The notes under the pieces: generated by a model
Told to the model about the DNA's origin: nothing
The model's input: the letters and a program-made list of their open reading frames with translations, nothing else
Databases searched by the model: none
Shown here: one piece after another, positions 8,909 through 19,431 of the stretch
Numbering within the stretch: the first letter of the stretch is position 1
Layout: every line of letters begins with the position of its first letter
Made by a program: the position numbers and the translations under genes
Virus record (IMG/VR): IMGVR_UViG_3300028591_000095
Coordinates: 32,001-96,000 of that record
Source of the DNA: a virus
Taxonomy: Duplodnaviria; Caudoviricetes
Direction: 5' to 3' (one strand)
DNA length: 64,000 nucleotides

Positions 8909-11900
8909 TTAACCACGTATCAAACTCTTAATGACATCTGGAACTTCTTCATCATACATATCGGATTCATCCGCTGTAGTTTCAGTTGTACCAGTTGTCT
9001 TAATAGCGTCCAGTTTAGCAAGTATCTTGTTGAGTATTTTTTCTGTTCGAGGAGATCTAGTTGTGAATTCTGACTTAAGTAGATAATTCAACAGATCAGT
9101 TCTACTAAGATCACTTGTGTCATTGTTGATACCTGAACCTTGGATAGTGTAGTTGTTTACTGTATATGAACCCTCTGAACCGTAATTGAGCATCTGATCT
9201 ATTACGTTATCACTCAGAGGTGGAATATCATTAGCTACGGTTGTTACATCTCCGGAACCGTAGATACCGCCAGGAACGAAGAATCCTGAATCTGTAGTAT
9301 TATAATCGAAATCACCACATGCACCAATCATTGAATTAAGTTGTGCGAGAGTCTTTTCCGTACCTGAAGCAAGAACTTCAACTGGACGGTTCTTGTTCTT
9401 GATAGTCTTATCGTAAGACATACCAAGCGTTGTCCATTTAAGATTATGACCGTTTCTCTTGTACCTTCCATCAGTGTATACTGATCCATGTGTGTAGTAA
9501 TGTTTAAGATCATCATTTGACATTACCTTGTTAGTATCCAGCCATTTCTGACCATATGCAGGTTTGTAGAATTTGGTACTTGTATCTGTACCCACCCAGT
9601 TATTTATCTTTGCATCTGATGCGGAGTTAACCGGATTAACAGTTGTTGTCGTATATTTATGATCGTTCTTTTTATTGATTGCAGTTGCTGAATCTGTAAA
9701 GTCCGAACTATGACCCCAACCACAGTAAGGACGACCATCTGAAGCACGACCTCCAGCATATACAAATACCCATGAACCCCATGTAGTAACCTTTGTATAT
9801 GATTTGTTGTTTTGTAATTTACACGATAACTTACTACTGTCTGAATGATCGAGATATAGATATACATCTCCATGTCCCTTAGTGAGTAATTGACTATTAG
9901 ACCATGTAGTTCCACCATTATGGTTCTTTTTCATAGTCTTATAAAGAGTCTGAACCTCAGTGTTTGTAGCCCATACTCGAGTGTCTGTATTGCTAGCTTC
10001 AGCATCACCCTGTTCAAGTTCTTCATCATAATCATAATCTCCAAAATCACTATAGCTTGAAGTAGAGTATGAAGAACTAAGTGCATCTGCACTATTGTTG
10101 ATGTTAGTCTGTACTGTGCTGTACATGTTCTTGTAGTAATCAGGTAAGTAATCAGCATACTCGCCAAGTATACTACTTAAATCAAATCCAGACACAGTAC
10201 CACCACCGCCAGCTACAGTTGTACTTCCACCACCAGCTGCATAACCACTGGACTGACCATTATCAAGCATCCAGTTATATGCATCAACGGCTGTACGCAT
10301 ATGCTTCGCAAGCTGTGCTGATGTGTACCAGTTCTCAGGCACGAGTGCATTTGCAACGTAATGACCCATTGACTCAGCGATATCAGTTTCCGCATATGGA
10401 CCCCATCTATCATTTGCACCAAGTTTAGGAGCATGACCAAGAGCTTGAGTAATTCCAGCTTTATAATCGTTGAAGTTAACATTCTTTGCACGTGAGAATG
10501 TAGAATCTGCATCGAAGTATTGCTTCTTGATATATGGAAGCTGATCAGCTAATGTTGAACCATACTTAGTTTCATGACCACCACGATATGCATTCTTCGA
10601 ATCTGGAATCCAGTTCATCAAACCGAACGCAGCTTGACCGTTCTTATCAAATGTAACTGCTGTAAGTGATTTCTCACCGGTAAGTTTCTGAGCGGCATCT
10701 TCATGGATACCAATAGCAGCAATCATAGCGGTTTGTGCCGCAGTAAGTCCTGCTTTCTTAGCTTGATTCCAGTAACCACCAGATGTGAGTTTTGCTGGAT
10801 ATGGAGACCAGAATACCGGAGCAGCTTTCATTGCAGCTGACAACTGGATCTTACCCTGTTTACCTCCTGCAAACTCACCTGTCGAACCACTGGCATCACC
10901 AGCGTCAGCACCTTCTTCAAGTGCACTACCAGATTTACCACCGACATATCGAAGAATGGTTGTTGGTATACCACCACCACCTTCTCCGGCGTATCCAGGA
11001 CCCATAGTCCATAACAGATAATTCTTCCAATTCTCATCTCTATCAAGATATGCTTTAGCTGCACCAGCACCGAGTTGTCTAAGTCTCTGACCACCAGCAT
11101 CTTGGTCACCTGCATCGTAACCATATGCGTTCGGTTGATCACCTTTGATATACAAACCGACGTGTTTCGGAGTTGTGAGAATGTCGCCAGGTTTGAGTTT
11201 CTCAGCACTATATGGGATGAACTCCCAGTCATTTGAAAGAGATCCATCAGAATTATAAATCAAATCATTCTTAGTTTTACCAGTAAGATCATGGGTTGTC
11301 CATCTTCTGGTACTACCATTCATAGTTCCTTTGAATGAGTAACCCATATAGTTCATTGCAGCACTGATCATGCCTGAACAGTCTGGATGTAATTCAGGAA
11401 GTTCTACACCACTACGAGTTGTGATAGGACCATGGTTTGCATTCGAATATATTGCTCCAAGTTTCTTAGCAGCACCTTCCCATACTTGAGCAGCAGCCTC
11501 GTAAAGATCTGATGTTTGTCCGGTCATGTTACCACCACCACCGCCACCACCAGAACTTCTTCCACCACCACCAGCTGTAGCAGCAGATGCCTGAAGAGCT
11601 TCACCGAGTTTCTTAATAGCGATTGATGCTTTCTTGGATTTAACATAATCACTATCATCTGATTCTACCAAATATTTGAATCCACCGGATACTATAGGAT
11701 TACCAGCTTCGTCATGAACGATATTACCAGCAGCGTCTTTCTGATAAACAACGTATGGTTCGTAATATCCCTTACTGTTAGCGACCATAGTATCATAACG
11801 ATTCCGAAGGTCTTCACTGATCTTATCGGATACAACCATTGAAATGTATTTATTTCTTACAGTCGATTTACCATTCCATTCATCAGATATACGCTTTTCG

Positions 11901-14900
11901 TATTCCTCTAAAGTTTCATCATCTCTTATAGGATTATCTGTACGATAGAGATCCATCGCAGTCATAACCTTAGTCTGATAGTCTTCCTTAGAGAGTTCTT
12001 CCATTGCTGTCTTAGCGACACTAGCTTCAGAGTATTCTTGTTTCTTCTCATTAGCCATGTTAGTAATATCAGATGATGCATCTGTATTAAATATATTACT
12101 GAAAAGATTTGTCATTCCCTTCAGTGTTTCCATAGCTGATTGAGTTGCTGTAGATAATGAATCCATTGTTATCATATCACCGTTACCATAGATACCCATC
12201 AACGATGAACCTGCAATATCATTTGCATTTCTACGCTGAATCTTACCCGTTAACGGATTAGATACATATACACCACCGTACTTGTCCGTACCAATTGCAT
12301 TCATGTAATGAACGTTTCCAGTACGTGTTCCATATGCTGATCCACTGCCTACGAGAGTTATTGGATTATTAGGTGAAGCCTTCTTGAGTGAACGCATTGT
12401 TACTCCACCTACGGTTGTATTCATACCCAGAGCATTTGATGCAGCTAAATATCCGCTAACAGATGTTCCTCTCGATGGGTCATACGCACCATTTGATGTC
12501 ATAGAACCTGCAAGCTTTCTAGCATTGATGTTAGAACCAGTTCTACGATTATATGCTTCAGCAAGTGCTACTGGACCACAACCACGACGTGCCATGTTAA
12601 GATAGTTTCCGTATGATGTTTGAGCATCACCACTACCAATAATCTCAGCTGTAGCCTCATCATTAATATTCGAATAAGGTATATCACCTTCAGAATAATG
12701 ATACGGACCATTAGCTATGACAGTTGTATCAACAACTTTAGTGGTTTTGGTTGAAGTCGGAACAGTTTCATTTGTAGCAGCTTTTAATGATGCACCAACA
12801 GTTGCTGCTGATACAAGTGCAAGCTTTGTATTCTTTATAGCAGACAAACCTTTTTCCTCAGTTGATTGACCATCTGCAAGAAGTTGATCGGTATCTCCCA
12901 TCATCTTCTTACCGAGTTCAGCAATCTTGTTATTCTCGTCAACCCATGGGAGTAATGCGAATGCTTCACCGATTGCATGGATTATCTTACCGAGACCACC
13001 AACGATACCACCAGAACTACTCTTAGCAGCGCCATATTGTGCAGTAGCCAAACCAGTTTGAATTTCAGCTTCATCAGCAATCTTGTTTGTGTTAGAAACC
13101 ATCTCAAGTGTACCATGTTTGAACATCGATTTCTGCATCTCGATATCCTCTTCACGATTCTTGTCAGCTTTCTCTTCAGCAAGTTTTCTAGCATCGTCTT
13201 CTTGTTTATAACGATCACCAAGGAACTCAATGAGTCTATCAGTATCATTATTAACTGCTTCTCCATCGACTGTTGTATTTTGAGCCTCAGTAGCAACTGC
13301 AGTTCTCGAAAGTGTTTCAGCATCTTCAAGCGACATATCACCAGTCATGATGCGCTCGATGATATTACGAGACTTATCAGGATCATTAGGATAAATCATT
13401 TGAGCTAAACGTTTAGCTTCTCTTTCCTTCTCAGCATGAGTAAGTTCAACAGGAATAGTTGATTTAACTTTACCTTGTTCATAGAATGAACCATCAAGTT
13501 TAGCATCAAGATAAGCATTCATCTTCTCTGAACCATGAATATCATATGCTGAATAACGAGGTGTACCATCTTCATCAATACTGCTGGCACCATATGGAAG
13601 TGTGGTTGTAGTATTTTGTTTATTAGAATTGGTATTTGATCCTGTACCGGCTGTAGTATTAGAAGAATTAGATTCATTACTTTCTTCTTCAGGATCATTA
13701 TCCGGAATACCCATACGTTGCATATACTTAAAACGTTTCTTTCTACTGCCTGGATGAACGATGAACGCCAGAGCTTCAGCAAATTTGTTGATTATCTTCT
13801 GAATGAATCCCATAAATTTGGTTAATGGTTTTGCAATCATCGATACAATTCCACCAACAGCCTTAGCAATACCAGCAATAATTGGTGACAATACTTTGAG
13901 GATTGTATTTACAGATCCAGCTATGACTTCAAGTAATGGTCCGAGTGCAGTGAGTGTGTCAGCGATTGGTCCTGTAATTGATGCAACGAGCTCTTGTAAT
14001 GTACCTGTGAGTATCTTAAGAACTGGCTTTACAGTTTTAACGAGTTCCTTGAATACACTGTTGAGAGGTTTAAGTATAGCAGTGAGAGTTTGTTTGATTA
14101 ATTGCATAATAGCTTTAGCACCACTCATACTAGCAATGATTTGCATAATCATTCCTGAGATATTCATGATTGCACCTATAGCACCACCAAACATCTTACC
14201 AAGACCACCAAGAAGTTTACTACCGTAGCTTTCTTGCTTACCATCAGCTGCAGCATTTGTCATTGTTGCCGTTCGATGTTCATCGTCAGCACTTGTTGCA
14301 GCTGCAGAACTATTCTGCATACTACCAACATCAACAACGGTTGCTTGTAATTCATTAGAATGTTTAACATCTGCAGTTTGAGCTGATGTATCTCGAGCAG
14401 CTTCAGCTTCGTTTCCTTTGACAGTTTCTTCCTTGAGTGAATCAACTGCATCAACGATTCGAGTTGTTTGTTCTTCTTGCTTCTGTTCAGCTTGCTGTTG
14501 AGTATCTTCAGCGACAGTAGTTTGTTCAGTTCTGGCAGGTGCATTCCAGTCACCATAACCACCATCTGCAACAGGATTTATTACGACTTGAGATTGTCCA
14601 GGAGCTGACCAATCTGTTCCATCTGCAACACCAGGTTTCATTTCGATAGGTTCAGTCTTTTCTTCTTTCTTAGAAGATTCACTAGAAGTTTCTTCACCAC
14701 CATTTTTCTCAACTTCAATCAATTCATGAAGTTGATCACGTATCTCTGTAAGAACTGAGGTTTGTTGACCCTTGAGCATTTCCTCCATTGCACGCTGTTC
14801 AGCGAGTCCTGGATTCTGTGCTTCCTCTTTAGAACGCATTCTCTCACGAGTCTTGTCGAATGATGACATGAATCCCTTACCGAATGAAGTGTTTCTGAAT

Positions 14901-17900
14901 TTATCTATCTGACGTTTAAAGAAGTCTCCATTATTCCACCAATCGGAAATCTTACCAGCAAAGTCTTTGAGTTTATTAAAGACACCCTTACCGAAATTTT
15001 TAAGTTTTTCACCTACGAACTTGAAAGCACCTTTGATTTTACCAGTAATAAATTTTCCTATTGACTTAACTTTATTGATTACAGCAGTACCAACTTTCTT
15101 AGCAATATCTATAATCGGTTTACCTATTTCTTTGAGTTTCGGAAGAATGATTTCTCTACCGATAGCGGTTATACTTTTATAGACATCTGATGCACCAGAA
15201 CCAAAACTCTTGATACCTTCTACTGTACCAATAGCACGTTTCTTGAATCGGTTAACCATGAACGTCACAATTGGTGAAAGGAATTTCTTTGCTTTACCAA
15301 CTACTTTTCCTACAAGAACTGAAATACCTGTAATCAATGGAGCAAAGAAGTTTTTCAACATTCCTTTTCCACCAGATAACAAACGACCCAGCAATCCAGT
15401 ACCAGATGCTTTCTTAGCACTACGCTCGAGCATTCCAGATACTGATGTTCTAAGACGGGCTTTCAGTTTCTGATCCTTGATACGAGAGATCTCCATCATG
15501 ATAGCTTGTCTGTCAGCAGTACCATCACCATCTTCAAGTGCACTCTCCATCAATGACAATACGAGATTCATCTGAGCTTTGTCTTCTTCAGATATTTCTT
15601 CTCTATTACCATATGCTCTGGCTTTATCAAGTGACTTCTGTAAAGAGTTATCAATGAAATTGTCAGTTCTGTCAATAACCGTAGATCCAGCTTCTCTAAT
15701 TTTATCCTTTGCCATTCCAAAAAGTTGATCTCCGGTTCTATGCATAAATGAATTTATAGCTCCTGATATTCTACCAGATCCGTACAATCCAACAACTGAC
15801 GAACTTCCAACAGAACCGATTGGACGTTTGTGAATTCTACCATCGATTGGATTTGATATTATAACATTACCATTTCCATCAGTACCAATGACATTCATAA
15901 AATGATTACTGCCTGGCATTGTACCAAAATCATCACCAGAACCAAGAACTGTGATTGGATTTCCAGGTGTTGCAGTACGAAGAGACATGTTGCTAACCTT
16001 ACCAGCAACCAATGGTTGACCGTACATGTTAGATGCTTTAATAAAGTCTGAAACGTTCATACCGTTTGTTGGACTATATAAACCTCTACGTGCTAAAGCT
16101 TCAGCGAGTGCAACAGGTCCACAACCATGCTGTGCTATTCCGAGATAGTTTCCATAAGATGTCTGATTGAATCCAGAACCATGACCACGGTATTGTTCTG
16201 TAAGTTGTTCAAGCTTTTCTTGCAACTGGCTTATCTCTGCAGCATTGTCGGATGTTAAAGAATCACGAAGATTTCGAGCTCGATCAAAGATCGATGAATC
16301 ATTTCCACCATGTTGATGCTTGAGTTGATATATTTTTTCTCTGAGCTCTTTGATCTCATCAGCGAGTGCTTCTTTCTCATAGAGAGCTTTGATCTCAGTA
16401 ATACCAGCTTCTTTTACATCACTATCGGTTACAACACCTGCCAATGATGTGAGTGGAGATCCAGTGCTTGTATACTTCTTACGACGATCACGATCCTCTT
16501 TATATTTTCTATTGACAGCATTTACAAATTCACGACCACCAGAACCAACTGCAATACGTTGTAATACTTTAGTTACAGCCATTGACCAGTTGACACCGTG
16601 TTTAGGAGAACTTGAACCTATGATCTCAGCTGTCATTGAAATAACATTTGTGTCGAGATCTTTAAGTTCCTTTACAGTGAGACTATTTTTTCCACTTGTA
16701 TTGAGATTCTGAACATATACAGCTTGCAATACTCTTTGAATCATTTGTACATCTGTATTAGATATATCATCTGTCTTTGATTCATAAAGATCCTGCATTG
16801 CAGTTCTACTTAAATCAGAATTCCAATCACGGAAATTTTCATTGTTGAGTTTACCCCAGTTCTCATCTTTGTATTGCTTACGGTTTGCGGTTTGATCTTC
16901 ATCCCATAACCGTTGTTGATAAGAATTCAGGGTGCTTGTACCCATTGACAAACTACCAGATTTGTCAACATTATAATTTATACCAGTAACACCTCTGGCA
17001 ATTATACGAAGATATTCCGGAATGGTTTTGATGATAGTCGTCTTTACGAAGCCATCAAATGCAACAGGCTTTTCATTATATGTATTGGCTACTTCAGATC
17101 CCCAATTCTGATTTTTAGGACCTCTACGAAGATCACCGAATAATACTTTAAAAGGACCGCTGGAGATCATATTTTCCAAACCACTTTGAACAGCTTCTCC
17201 AACTTTATCATTCAATGATTTTAAAGTTGAATTAATTGATTCACCGCCGAGAATATCAAGTTTCTTAGAACCAAGAGTTTTCTCGAGAATTGATCTAACA
17301 TAGTCTTCAGGTTTGCCTAAGAAATCTGTGATCTTTGCATTCTTTCTATCTTCATCGTTACCAAAAGACATAAGAGTGCTAGCAAGACCTGCGATACCAC
17401 CACCTTGTTCTTTGCTATAGTTATATATACCACCGAGAGACAGTTTACCATTAGAATCGTATAAACCCCTTTTTTCTTCACTCTCAGTTTTAAGAGTATA
17501 TACATTAGCAAATGCATCGAGCTTCTTAGATATTCCTATGAGTGTTGAATTGATATTATTGACTGATGCAAGTAATTCAGAACTACGCTGATTCAATGTT
17601 GTTATTATTTCAGCAGTAGACGCTAAACGACTCTCATTATGCTTAGCTGCAATGGAGTACATTGCATTTGTTTGACGTTTGCTGATTTTATCCATCTCAT
17701 CTTTATCTAAAACATGAGACGAAGGTTCATCATCCTCGTTATCATCGAACCCAGCATCAAATCCTGGATCAAATTCATCGTCTACATCGCTTTCTTGTTC
17801 TTTCTGATAGAACCAGTCACGAATATTTCTGAAATTAATACTACGCTTCAGACTTCTAAGAGTCTCAATCGTAGTTTTAGATGAACCCATTACTTCAGTA

Positions 17901-18013
17901 CGAAGTTCATTAGCGTCATTAACCAATGCTATCGAATTGCTGAAGTAATCTTTACCATAATCAGCGGCGGCATCTTTGAGTAACTTGAGACTCTGAGACA
18001 ATAAGTTTGGCAT
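8909..18013 (-). CDS. Tape-measure/tail lysin polyprotein (2x C39-like peptidase, NlpC/P60, lysozyme-like, SH3-like)
   Basis: 3034 aa with long amphipathic TMP-like helices. GCGPVALAEA..H(F/Y)MN occurs twice; also PDCSG..LKPGDIL..HVGLY (NlpC/P60), IGIHED..AFGLMNW..LADQL (phage lysozyme-like) and GSWVFV..YCGWGHSS (SH3b-like). Confidence 0.8.
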   Translation of the reverse strand: MPNLLSQSLKLLKDAAADYGKDYFSNSIALVNDANELRTEVMGSSKTTIETLRSLKRSINFRNIRDWFYQKEQESDVDDEFDPGFDAGFDDNEDDEPSSHVLDKDEMDKISKRQTNAMYSIAAKHNESRLASTAEIITTLNQRSSELLASVNNINSTLIGISKKLDAFANVYTLKTESEEKRGLYDSNGKLSLGGIYNYSKEQGGGIAGLASTLMSFGNDEDRKNAKITDFLGKPEDYVRSILEKTLGSKKLDILGGESINSTLKSLNDKVGEAVQSGLENMISSGPFKVLFGDLRRGPKNQNWGSEVANTYNEKPVAFDGFVKTTIIKTIPEYLRIIARGVTGINYNVDKSGSLSMGTSTLNSYQQRLWDEDQTANRKQYKDENWGKLNNENFRDWNSDLSRTAMQDLYESKTDDISNTDVQMIQRVLQAVYVQNLNTSGKNSLTVKELKDLDTNVISMTAEIIGSSSPKHGVNWSMAVTKVLQRIAVGSGGREFVNAVNRKYKEDRDRRKKYTSTGSPLTSLAGVVTDSDVKEAGITEIKALYEKEALADEIKELREKIYQLKHQHGGNDSSIFDRARNLRDSLTSDNAAEISQLQEKLEQLTEQYRGHGSGFNQTSYGNYLGIAQHGCGPVALAEALARRGLYSPTNGMNVSDFIKASNMYGQPLVAGKVSNMSLRTATPGNPITVLGSGDDFGTMPGSNHFMNVIGTDGNGNVIISNPIDGRIHKRPIGSVGSSSVVGLYGSGRISGAINSFMHRTGDQLFGMAKDKIREAGSTVIDRTDNFIDNSLQKSLDKARAYGNREEISEEDKAQMNLVLSLMESALEDGDGTADRQAIMMEISRIKDQKLKARLRTSVSGMLERSAKKASGTGLLGRLLSGGKGMLKNFFAPLITGISVLVGKVVGKAKKFLSPIVTFMVNRFKKRAIGTVEGIKSFGSGASDVYKSITAIGREIILPKLKEIGKPIIDIAKKVGTAVINKVKSIGKFITGKIKGAFKFVGEKLKNFGKGVFNKLKDFAGKISDWWNNGDFFKRQIDKFRNTSFGKGFMSSFDKTRERMRSKEEAQNPGLAEQRAMEEMLKGQQTSVLTEIRDQLHELIEVEKNGGEETSSESSKKEEKTEPIEMKPGVADGTDWSAPGQSQVVINPVADGGYGDWNAPARTEQTTVAEDTQQQAEQKQEEQTTRIVDAVDSLKEETVKGNEAEAARDTSAQTADVKHSNELQATVVDVGSMQNSSAAATSADDEHRTATMTNAAADGKQESYGSKLLGGLGKMFGGAIGAIMNISGMIMQIIASMSGAKAIMQLIKQTLTAILKPLNSVFKELVKTVKPVLKILTGTLQELVASITGPIADTLTALGPLLEVIAGSVNTILKVLSPIIAGIAKAVGGIVSMIAKPLTKFMGFIQKIINKFAEALAFIVHPGSRKKRFKYMQRMGIPDNDPEEESNESNSSNTTAGTGSNTNSNKQNTTTTLPYGASSIDEDGTPRYSAYDIHGSEKMNAYLDAKLDGSFYEQGKVKSTIPVELTHAEKEREAKRLAQMIYPNDPDKSRNIIERIMTGDMSLEDAETLSRTAVATEAQNTTVDGEAVNNDTDRLIEFLGDRYKQEDDARKLAEEKADKNREEDIEMQKSMFKHGTLEMVSNTNKIADEAEIQTGLATAQYGAAKSSSGGIVGGLGKIIHAIGEAFALLPWVDENNKIAELGKKMMGDTDQLLADGQSTEEKGLSAIKNTKLALVSAATVGASLKAATNETVPTSTKTTKVVDTTVIANGPYHYSEGDIPYSNINDEATAEIIGSGDAQTSYGNYLNMARRGCGPVALAEAYNRRTGSNINARKLAGSMTSNGAYDPSRGTSVSGYLAASNALGMNTTVGGVTMRSLKKASPNNPITLVGSGSAYGTRTGNVHYMNAIGTDKYGGVYVSNPLTGKIQRRNANDIAGSSLMGIYGNGDMITMDSLSTATQSAMETLKGMTNLFSNIFNTDASSDITNMANEKKQEYSEASVAKTAMEELSKEDYQTKVMTAMDLYRTDNPIRDDETLEEYEKRISDEWNGKSTVRNKYISMVVSDKISEDLRNRYDTMVANSKGYYEPYVVYQKDAAGNIVHDEAGNPIVSGGFKYLVESDDSDYVKSKKASIAIKKLGEALQASAATAGGGGRSSGGGGGGGNMTGQTSDLYEAAAQVWEGAAKKLGAIYSNANHGPITTRSGVELPELHPDCSGMISAAMNYMGYSFKGTMNGSTRRWTTHDLTGKTKNDLIYNSDGSLSNDWEFIPYSAEKLKPGDILTTPKHVGLYIKGDQPNAYGYDAGDQDAGGQRLRQLGAGAAKAYLDRDENWKNYLLWTMGPGYAGEGGGGIPTTILRYVGGKSGSALEEGADAGDASGSTGEFAGGKQGKIQLSAAMKAAPVFWSPYPAKLTSGGYWNQAKKAGLTAAQTAMIAAIGIHEDAAQKLTGEKSLTAVTFDKNGQAAFGLMNWIPDSKNAYRGGHETKYGSTLADQLPYIKKQYFDADSTFSRAKNVNFNDYKAGITQALGHAPKLGANDRWGPYAETDIAESMGHYVANALVPENWYTSAQLAKHMRTAVDAYNWMLDNGQSSGYAAGGGSTTVAGGGGTVSGFDLSSILGEYADYLPDYYKNMYSTVQTNINNSADALSSSYSTSSYSDFGDYDYDEELEQGDAEASNTDTRVWATNTEVQTLYKTMKKNHNGGTTWSNSQLLTKGHGDVYLYLDHSDSSKLSCKLQNNKSYTKVTTWGSWVFVYAGGRASDGRPYCGWGHSSDFTDSATAINKKNDHKYTTTTVNPVNSASDAKINNWVGTDTSTKFYKPAYGQKWLDTNKVMSNDDLKHYYTHGSVYTDGRYKRNGHNLKWTTLGMSYDKTIKNKNRPVEVLASGTEKTLAQLNSMIGACGDFDYNTTDSGFFVPGGIYGSGDVTTVANDIPPLSDNVIDQMLNYGSEGSYTVNNYTIQGSGINNDTSDLSRTDLLNYLLKSEFTTRSPRTEKILNKILAKLDAIKTTGTTETTADESDMYDEEVPDVIKSLIRG

Positions 18014-18051
18014 ACACTCACATCCTTTCTTATTAATATTTGCTATGGAAG

Positions 18052-18065
18052 CTTACTTTGGCGTT
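18052..18065 (-). promoter_or_regulatory. Putative late promoter AACG-N6-TAAG
   Basis: Between terminator and TMP RBS; fits RACN-N6-TA. Confidence 0.35.
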
Positions 18066-18073
18066 TAAGTTAA

Positions 18074-18095
18074 GGGTGGGGATATATCCCCACCC
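18074..18095 (-). terminator. Intrinsic terminator hairpin
   Basis: GGGTGGGGAT-AT-ATCCCCACCC, immediately after the stop of 18099..18860. Confidence 0.7.
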
Positions 18096-18098
18096 CAT

Positions 18099-18860
18099 TT
18101 AGAAGAATATAACAAGATCTTCAACATCATCAAGATGGAATGTTTGTTTCCATTCCTTGATAAGTTCATCTCTAGCTGCTTGAGCTCCAGCCCACTCCTC
18201 AATCTTGATTGCAATCTCTTTATATGCCGAACCAACATTTACGATGTTCTTCAATTGAGCATATAATGAACGTTCAACATCAAGAGTTGCAAGTTGCATG
18301 AATGATTCTACTTGAGATTCTGGAATGGTTTCACCAGACAAATCGTGATAACAATCTGCAGTGAAATGAATGTATGCATTCTTAGGCATATCAATCAATT
18401 GGATTGTATTATAACCTAACCATTTAGATGTAGCAGGTTGAGATGTAACACCAGCATATTTATTAATAGCTGCACCGGTGTTTACAGCATTGAGTATATC
18501 CTGAGGATAGTATGAACCAAAACCAACGAATGGTGAACCTACTGTGAATGTGTTTGAAGTAACTTCACCATTCTGATATTTATCCGATGCATACTTTGCA
18601 TCCGCTGTAATGACTTTGGTTGAACATATCTCAGTTGGTAATAAGTATATACCAAGATTACCACTACCAGGATATTTCTCAGTAAGATGTTCTCTGAAAT
18701 CATAACACTCACGTTCCCAAGGTTTGAAACGTGAGAATGTTCTGATGGATGTTTGGATTATCTCAGACAATACAACTTCAACGGGTTGTTTGAATGGGAG
18801 TGCAATTGCATTCAATCCATGAGACATCTTGATATCTGTTATGCAATCGGAGATATTCAT
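18099..18860 (-). CDS. Neck/head-completion-like virion protein
   Basis: Size, context and C-terminal pattern (..SAYKEIAIKIEEWAGAQAARDELIKEW) resemble T4 gp13-like neck proteins of jumbo phages. Confidence 0.45.
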   Translation of the reverse strand: MNISDCITDIKMSHGLNAIALPFKQPVEVVLSEIIQTSIRTFSRFKPWERECYDFREHLTEKYPGSGNLGIYLLPTEICSTKVITADAKYASDKYQNGEVTSNTFTVGSPFVGFGSYYPQDILNAVNTGAAINKYAGVTSQPATSKWLGYNTIQLIDMPKNAYIHFTADCYHDLSGETIPESQVESFMQLATLDVERSLYAQLKNIVNVGSAYKEIAIKIEEWAGAQAARDELIKEWKQTFHLDDVEDLVIFF

Positions 18861-19417
18861 TATTCATCATCACCCTTTTTGATCTTGTGAATAACAGGTG
18901 TGTTTTTGTTTTCGAATGCTTGAAGAATACGCTGATCGAGTGTCTTTGAGAGTGGAGTATATCTTGTAGATAACCACACATAAATCTTAGCATCATCCTT
19001 AAAGACTTTCATCAGTTTATTATACTGATTATCTGTCATCTTTAAGATAGAATATTCCTCAGAGCCGAATTTATAATCAGCTTCGAGTAATGCTTGAAGA
19101 CGTTTTGTATTCTTGAGAAACTCTTCGTTGATCTCTTTCATGTCTGTGAGATTGAATGGTTTTCTGTACTTGATATCAGTGAACATATCATCGTAGAACT
19201 TATGAGTTGATGACATAAGTTTATCTGCATATTTGTTATCACCGTTCTCTTTGTACTTGAAGTATCCTTCAATATAGTCAGCCATATCTCCAGTAATCTT
19301 ACCATAATCGAGTATGGTATATTCAGCAGGATCTTTAGCATTATCATAATTACGGTTGATGTCTTCAAAGAGTGAACGGTTGTCTCTTATTACATCACCT
19401 ATACTACTTTCGAACAT
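18860..19417 (-). CDS. Hypothetical virion protein
   Basis: Translationally coupled within the structural operon; RBS GGAGGT. Confidence 0.6.
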   Translation of the reverse strand: MFESSIGDVIRDNRSLFEDINRNYDNAKDPAEYTILDYGKITGDMADYIEGYFKYKENGDNKYADKLMSSTHKFYDDMFTDIKYRKPFNLTDMKEINEEFLKNTKRLQALLEADYKFGSEEYSILKMTDNQYNKLMKVFKDDAKIYVWLSTRYTPLSKTLDQRILQAFENKNTPVIHKIKKGDDE

Positions 19418-19431
19418 TGATCAGTACCTCC

